A stretch of DNA of 64,000 nucleotides. Source: Escherichia coli. Lineage in GTDB: Bacteria > Pseudomonadota > Gammaproteobacteria > Enterobacterales > Enterobacteriaceae. Under the pieces are notes generated by a model. The model did not search any database, was not told where the DNA came from, and worked only from the letters and a program-made list of their open reading frames with translations. Below are positions 60,639 to 64,000 of this stretch, piece after piece (position 1 is the first letter of the stretch; each line of letters opens with the position of its first letter). The translations under genes and the position numbers were made by a program. The stretch lies in assembly GCF_011045215.1 (NCBI RefSeq), contig NZ_CP049201.1, one strand, 5' to 3'.

Positions 60639-60761
60639 TTAAAAACGATATCCTGCTGAGAACATAAACACCCACGGATCGAGGCGTACGCTATCGTGTT
60701 GCTGTGCACCGCCCAGCTTATAATTGGCGGTGGTATCGATATCCATGTACCAGACTGACAT
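60639..60761 (-). pseudogene. ompW: 3'-terminal remnant of the outer membrane protein W gene (last 40 codons)
   Basis: Minus-strand translation MSVWYMDIDTTANYKLGGAQQHDSVRLDPWVFMFSAGYRF-stop matches the OmpW C-terminus; an in-frame stop lies directly upstream (60765-60767), so the N-terminal about 170 codons are absent. Confidence 0.85.
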
Positions 60762-60948
60762 GTTTTAAAAAATGAAATAAGACATTGTATCTGAAAGAAA
60801 AAACAGGATTTTGAGGCGCTTTTTTATACCGTTTCTCCGTGTTTTTAACTGCCTGATTTTATTGAAATCTTTTTTAGTTTTGCAGAAAGGATTTTTTGCT
60901 CGATCGTTTTAATTTTATACATTCCTGATAACGGAAATTTTTTTGCCG

Positions 60949-60978
60949 TTGACAGTTTTTGTTCTCCGGGGCTATATT
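60949..60978 (+). promoter_or_regulatory. Predicted strong sigma-70 promoter inside the prophage terminus
   Basis: TTGACA (60949-60954), 18-nt spacer, TATATT (60973-60978). Confidence 0.55.
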
Positions 60979-60984
60979 CCTCAC

Positions 60985-61064
60985 ACAACCGCAAAATCGG
61001 TTGTCGGGATTGGCGTCCCGGATGTTTACGGAGCGATATAAGACGCGCCCGCGTCTTTTTTCAT
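60985..61064 (+). ncRNA. Candidate prophage-encoded small RNA (about 80 nt: two stem-loops, single-stranded AU-rich tract, intrinsic terminator)
   Basis: Stem-loops ACAACCG-CAAAAT-CGGTTGT (60985-61004) and CGGGA-TTGGCG-TCCCG (61005-61020); terminator AAGACGC-GCCC-GCGTCTT plus TTTTC (61040-61064); no ORF with an RBS. Confidence 0.4.
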
Positions 61065-61224
61065 ATCGTTTGCACAGTCACATTCGCGATTTATGGCGGG
61101 CTGTGTGGGGGAGCCGAAAGGCTCGCCGGTTTCCGTACCCGGTTACGCCAACCCTGCACAGTTCGCCACCAGTTCGATTGGCGTCGTCGGTGGCGATAAT
61201 TTCCAAATGTACGGAGTTATCGTT

Positions 61225-61788
61225 ATGACCACTCAGATTTCTGTCGAAACTCTTTCCCCGATTACACACAATCAAATTCCCGTTATCACTACCGAGTTGC
61301 TGGCGCAGCTTTATGGCACGGACTCAGATAACATCAAAAAGAATTATTCGCGCAACGCAGATCGCTTTTGTGAAGGTAAGCACTTTTACAAGGTGATTGG
61401 CGATGAACTAAAGAATTTGCGGGTGACTTTAAGTCACTCACAAAATCCCATCTCTCCCAAAACTCGCTCCCTCATCCTCTGGACAGAACGCGGCGCAGCC
61501 CGCCATGCCAAAATGCTCGAAACCGATCAGGCGTGGGAAGTGTTCGAAAAACTGGAAGACTGTTATTTCAGCCATAAACAACCACCAGCAACACAAAACT
61601 CCCCCACCCCAAATGATGGATGCGCATTACTGATCCACTTCGATAAACACGGGCAGGTCGAGTTCACGGAAAAAGTCCCCGCCGATGCGATGGTATGCAC
61701 TCTGGAACGGTTTAAATTTTATCTGGAGCAACATGGGTGGATCGTTGCCCGTAAAGAACAATTGGTAGAAAGGTTGATGCGGTTTTAA
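61225..61788 (+). CDS. Prophage accessory (moron) protein with phage antirepressor-like N-terminal domain (ORF6N/Rha/KilA-N type, unverified)
   Basis: 187-aa ORF MTTQISVETLSPITHNQIPVITTELLAQLYGTDSDNIKKNYSRNADRFCEGKHFYKV; GGAG RBS 8 nt upstream; the ORF-track start at 61093 rejected (no RBS, GC-rich structured region). Confidence 0.6.
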   Translation: MTTQISVETLSPITHNQIPVITTELLAQLYGTDSDNIKKNYSRNADRFCEGKHFYKVIGDELKNLRVTLSHSQNPISPKTRSLILWTERGAARHAKMLETDQAWEVFEKLEDCYFSHKQPPATQNSPTPNDGCALLIHFDKHGQVEFTEKVPADAMVCTLERFKFYLEQHGWIVARKEQLVERLMRF

Positions 61789-61796
61789 TGAATGCA

Positions 61797-61826
61797 AAAC
61801 CCCGGATGATCACCGGGGTTGATTTT
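61797..61826. terminator. Bidirectional terminator between the moron gene and tfa
   Basis: AACCCCGG-ATGATCA-CCGGGGTT followed by GATTTT. Confidence 0.75.
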
Positions 61827-62403
61827 ATCGAGGATGATTGCCGCTAATCGTCATCTCTCTGATTGAGAGTAAATCATCCAAGTTATTCAGCTCTTGCTTC
61901 ATCTCCCGCTGGCGGCGATAAATCTCGTCATTGCGATCGACCTGCGCCTGAACCATTGCAGTAAGCAGCTCATCCAGTTGTTGCATTGACAACTTTACCT
62001 GCTGATTTTCCGCATCGCGCCATACCATGGTTTTCCGTGCCGTGACTGATTTTGCTGATATCACCACCGGGTAAAGACGGGCCATCGAATCCGGTCCCCC
62101 GTTCCAGCTATGACCGTTCCATTCAAAAATGAATGGCTGCGCCTCCTGCTCTGTACGCCATGCTTCAATTTCCCGGCGTTTGGCTGCTTTTGCTGCTTCC
62201 AGCATCTCTGGCGTGACGGTGAACGGCGTTATTTCTCCCCACTTGCCGCTTTGCAGTTCCTGCCAGACTCGCTGCCCTGTCTCTGCTGTATCCGTGGCAG
62301 TTGCCGTATACGGAACCGGTTCATCCATGCCATCAAACAACACCCCGCAGTCAATCGCGCCATTTTCAAGATAACGCGCATTTTCGATGCGTTTTATTTC
62401 CAT
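61825..62403 (-). CDS. Putative tail fibre assembly/chaperone protein
   Basis: 192-aa ORF (ATG at 62403, AGGTG RBS) starting 8 nt after the stf stop; MEIKRIENARYLENGAIDCGVLFDG...; not the lambda Tfa family as far as I can judge. Confidence 0.5.
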   Translation of the reverse strand: MEIKRIENARYLENGAIDCGVLFDGMDEPVPYTATATDTAETGQRVWQELQSGKWGEITPFTVTPEMLEAAKAAKRREIEAWRTEQEAQPFIFEWNGHSWNGGPDSMARLYPVVISAKSVTARKTMVWRDAENQQVKLSMQQLDELLTAMVQAQVDRNDEIYRRQREMKQELNNLDDLLSIREMTISGNHPR

Positions 62404-62410
62404 AAAACAC

Positions 62411-63835
62411 CTACGCAATACGTATGAACAAACCAATCATGACACTGGCTGACCCGGCAGACCCGAGTTCATCGCCTGACAGTGCACGATATGACCCCGG
62501 CATACCACCACCAGAACCCCGCACATATACGGAAACGCTGCCGTTATATCCAACCCCGCTACCGGTCGTGCCGTAACACATAAATTCAACCGCACTCAGG
62601 CGTGACCCCGGATAACTGTAACCGCGCTTTATCCGGCGGTCGGTGTCTGCGTCTCCCTTACCGTTATAAGCCGCCAGTACAAGACTGCCTGCACCGTACC
62701 AGCCGTCCGTGGTACCGGGAGCAATACCGGACAGAAGAGAGATAATGTCCTGTGAGGTAATCTTCAGATTTTCCCAGCCAGTCAGATAACCATTACCTGT
62801 TGTCCAGTAGCGGCTGTAATAAACATCGCCATTGATACCGTAGAAAATAATGGCCTTTGGTGTATATCGCGGTTCCGGTGGATTATTGCGTGCCTCAACC
62901 CACCGGATGCTGACCACCCCGTTAAACAACACACCTCCGGATATGATTTTACTGCCACCCTCAACAAAATATTCACCCGGCGTCGCATTCCTTACCCATG
63001 CCAGAAAATCATCCTCTGTGTTAAAACGGATGCGTTCTGCGGGCAGAAAAATATGCCCAAAACCAAATGCGCCAGGTGTCGCCAGACGGCCTTCAGTCCG
63101 GTCGCGAATGTCGCTCTGTGGCGTCATTGTGGCTGCGCTTTTCAGTCCAAGATTATCACGGGATTCCTGCTGAGCCTCTTCACCTTCATCAGCCAGCTCT
63201 GATAAACGATTCGCCGTTTTCAGTGTCGCAGATAACGCGGTGTCAATATCCTCCCTGACATGCTCTGCATCAGATGCAGCCTGTTTAGCAGCTTCAGCGT
63301 CCTTTTTTACCTCCTCGGCGGCATTCTCAACCTGTGAGACCAGATTTTCGGCCTGTTGTTTACCCTCCGCAACCGCGTCGGCGTTCTGCTGAACACCTTC
63401 CGCCAGTTTTTTTACCTCTTCTTTTTCCCGAGCGGCAGCGTCTGCATGTTGCCCTGCCTGTCGTTCGCTTTCTGTTGCAGTTTCCGCGCTCTGCTGCGCC
63501 TGCGCCACCAGTTCTTCGAACCGCTTAACAACATCCGGCTTCAGGTCGCCTTCATCGAGGGCAGTCAGAAAGTCGTTCAGCGTGCCAGGCTTTGAGTCGT
63601 CGTAAACCGAAATATCACCGACACAGTATTCCCTTTCAATACACGACCGAAGATAAACGTCATATTTTCCGGTCTGAGCTTCAAAAGCATATTCTCCTGC
63701 CGGACCTGTCACCACTGTCGCCACCGTTCTCATGACCACTGCGGATGTATTCTGTCTGGCTTTCAGAATAATATGGTATCCGGACATGGGGAGTCCCGCG
63801 CCATCCGTCAGCACACCCGAAATTAATACAGACAT
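62411..63835 (-). CDS. Side tail fibre protein (lambda Stf-like N-terminus, Ala-rich coiled-coil middle, Gly-rich C-terminal domain)
   Basis: 474-aa ORF MSVLISGVLTDGAGLPMSGYHIILKARQNTSAVVMRTV...VYDDSKPGTLNDFL aligns by eye with lambda Stf MAVKISGVLKDGTGKPVQNCTIQLKARRNSTTVVVNTV...VYEDSQPGTLNDFL. Confidence 0.85.
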   Translation of the reverse strand: MSVLISGVLTDGAGLPMSGYHIILKARQNTSAVVMRTVATVVTGPAGEYAFEAQTGKYDVYLRSCIEREYCVGDISVYDDSKPGTLNDFLTALDEGDLKPDVVKRFEELVAQAQQSAETATESERQAGQHADAAAREKEEVKKLAEGVQQNADAVAEGKQQAENLVSQVENAAEEVKKDAEAAKQAASDAEHVREDIDTALSATLKTANRLSELADEGEEAQQESRDNLGLKSAATMTPQSDIRDRTEGRLATPGAFGFGHIFLPAERIRFNTEDDFLAWVRNATPGEYFVEGGSKIISGGVLFNGVVSIRWVEARNNPPEPRYTPKAIIFYGINGDVYYSRYWTTGNGYLTGWENLKITSQDIISLLSGIAPGTTDGWYGAGSLVLAAYNGKGDADTDRRIKRGYSYPGSRLSAVEFMCYGTTGSGVGYNGSVSVYVRGSGGGMPGSYRALSGDELGSAGSASVMIGLFIRIA

Positions 63836-64000
63836 TTTTATTTCCTGATTCAGAAAACATTAACCAAAATAATTGACGCCTTTTTTCTTGCCACTGGCTT
63901 TCCCCTTTGCAGAAATATCCGTGGCCAGCGACAGATTCAGCGAAAATCCCTGCACCGGTGACAACGAAAATTCCACTGACTCTGCCTGCCAGTTATGGTC

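Larger units (their letters stand above)
60762..64000. mobile_element. Terminus (attR-like end) of a lambdoid prophage inserted in ompW; continues beyond the window
   Basis: Abrupt loss of ompW homology at about 60762; AT-rich junction; lambda Stf-like tail fibre and tfa transcribed toward the junction; moron gene between tail genes and junction. Confidence 0.8.

Noticed and set aside
61093-61224. 231-aa version of the prophage moron ORF starting at 61093
   Set aside because: No RBS before 61093, and the extra 44 codons are a Gly/Pro/Val-rich translation of a GC-rich structured region; ATG at 61225 has a GGAG RBS 8 nt upstream.
63859-64000. Open reading frames on the minus strand upstream of stf at the window edge (one frame stays open and overlaps the stf start; another would give a short Lom-like ...GKKKGVNYFG end)
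   Set aside because: The frame cannot be resolved from under 150 nt with no start in the window; the Lom-like ending appears only in a frame interrupted by a TGA, so calling it would require assuming a frameshift in an A-run.

Overview
This window is an Escherichia coli chromosomal segment that I recognise from the encoded proteins and gene order as the ycjQ-psp-puu-sap-fabI-rnb-pyrF-acnA-cysB-topA-trpEDCBA-yciGFE region, in inverted orientation relative to the usual K-12 map. About 60 kb is densely packed, intact core genome: the ycjMNOPQ sugar cluster, pspF/pspABCDE, the puu putrescine-utilisation island, sapABCDF, fabI, rnb, pdeR, pyrF, lapAB, pgpB, ribA, acnA, cysB, topA, sohB, btuR, rluB, yciQ, yciO, trpH and the complete trp operon with its promoter, leader peptide and attenuator. 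The only accessory DNA is at the right edge (about 60.76-64.0 kb): after yciE, ompW is reduced to its last 40 codons and is followed by the terminus of a lambdoid prophage. That terminus carries a lambda Stf-like side tail fibre gene, a tail-fibre assembly gene, an antirepressor-like moron gene, and a promoter-hairpins-terminator unit that looks like a small RNA. I found no CRISPR array, rRNA or tRNA, and no convincing novel multi-gene system in the core part. The most interesting material is the prophage terminus and a few unusually strong intergenic structures (a 19-bp perfect hairpin over the ycjD start, and a GC-rich repeat cluster that supplies the ycjD C-terminus). All calls rest on reading the sequence and on recalled protein families; no database search was run.
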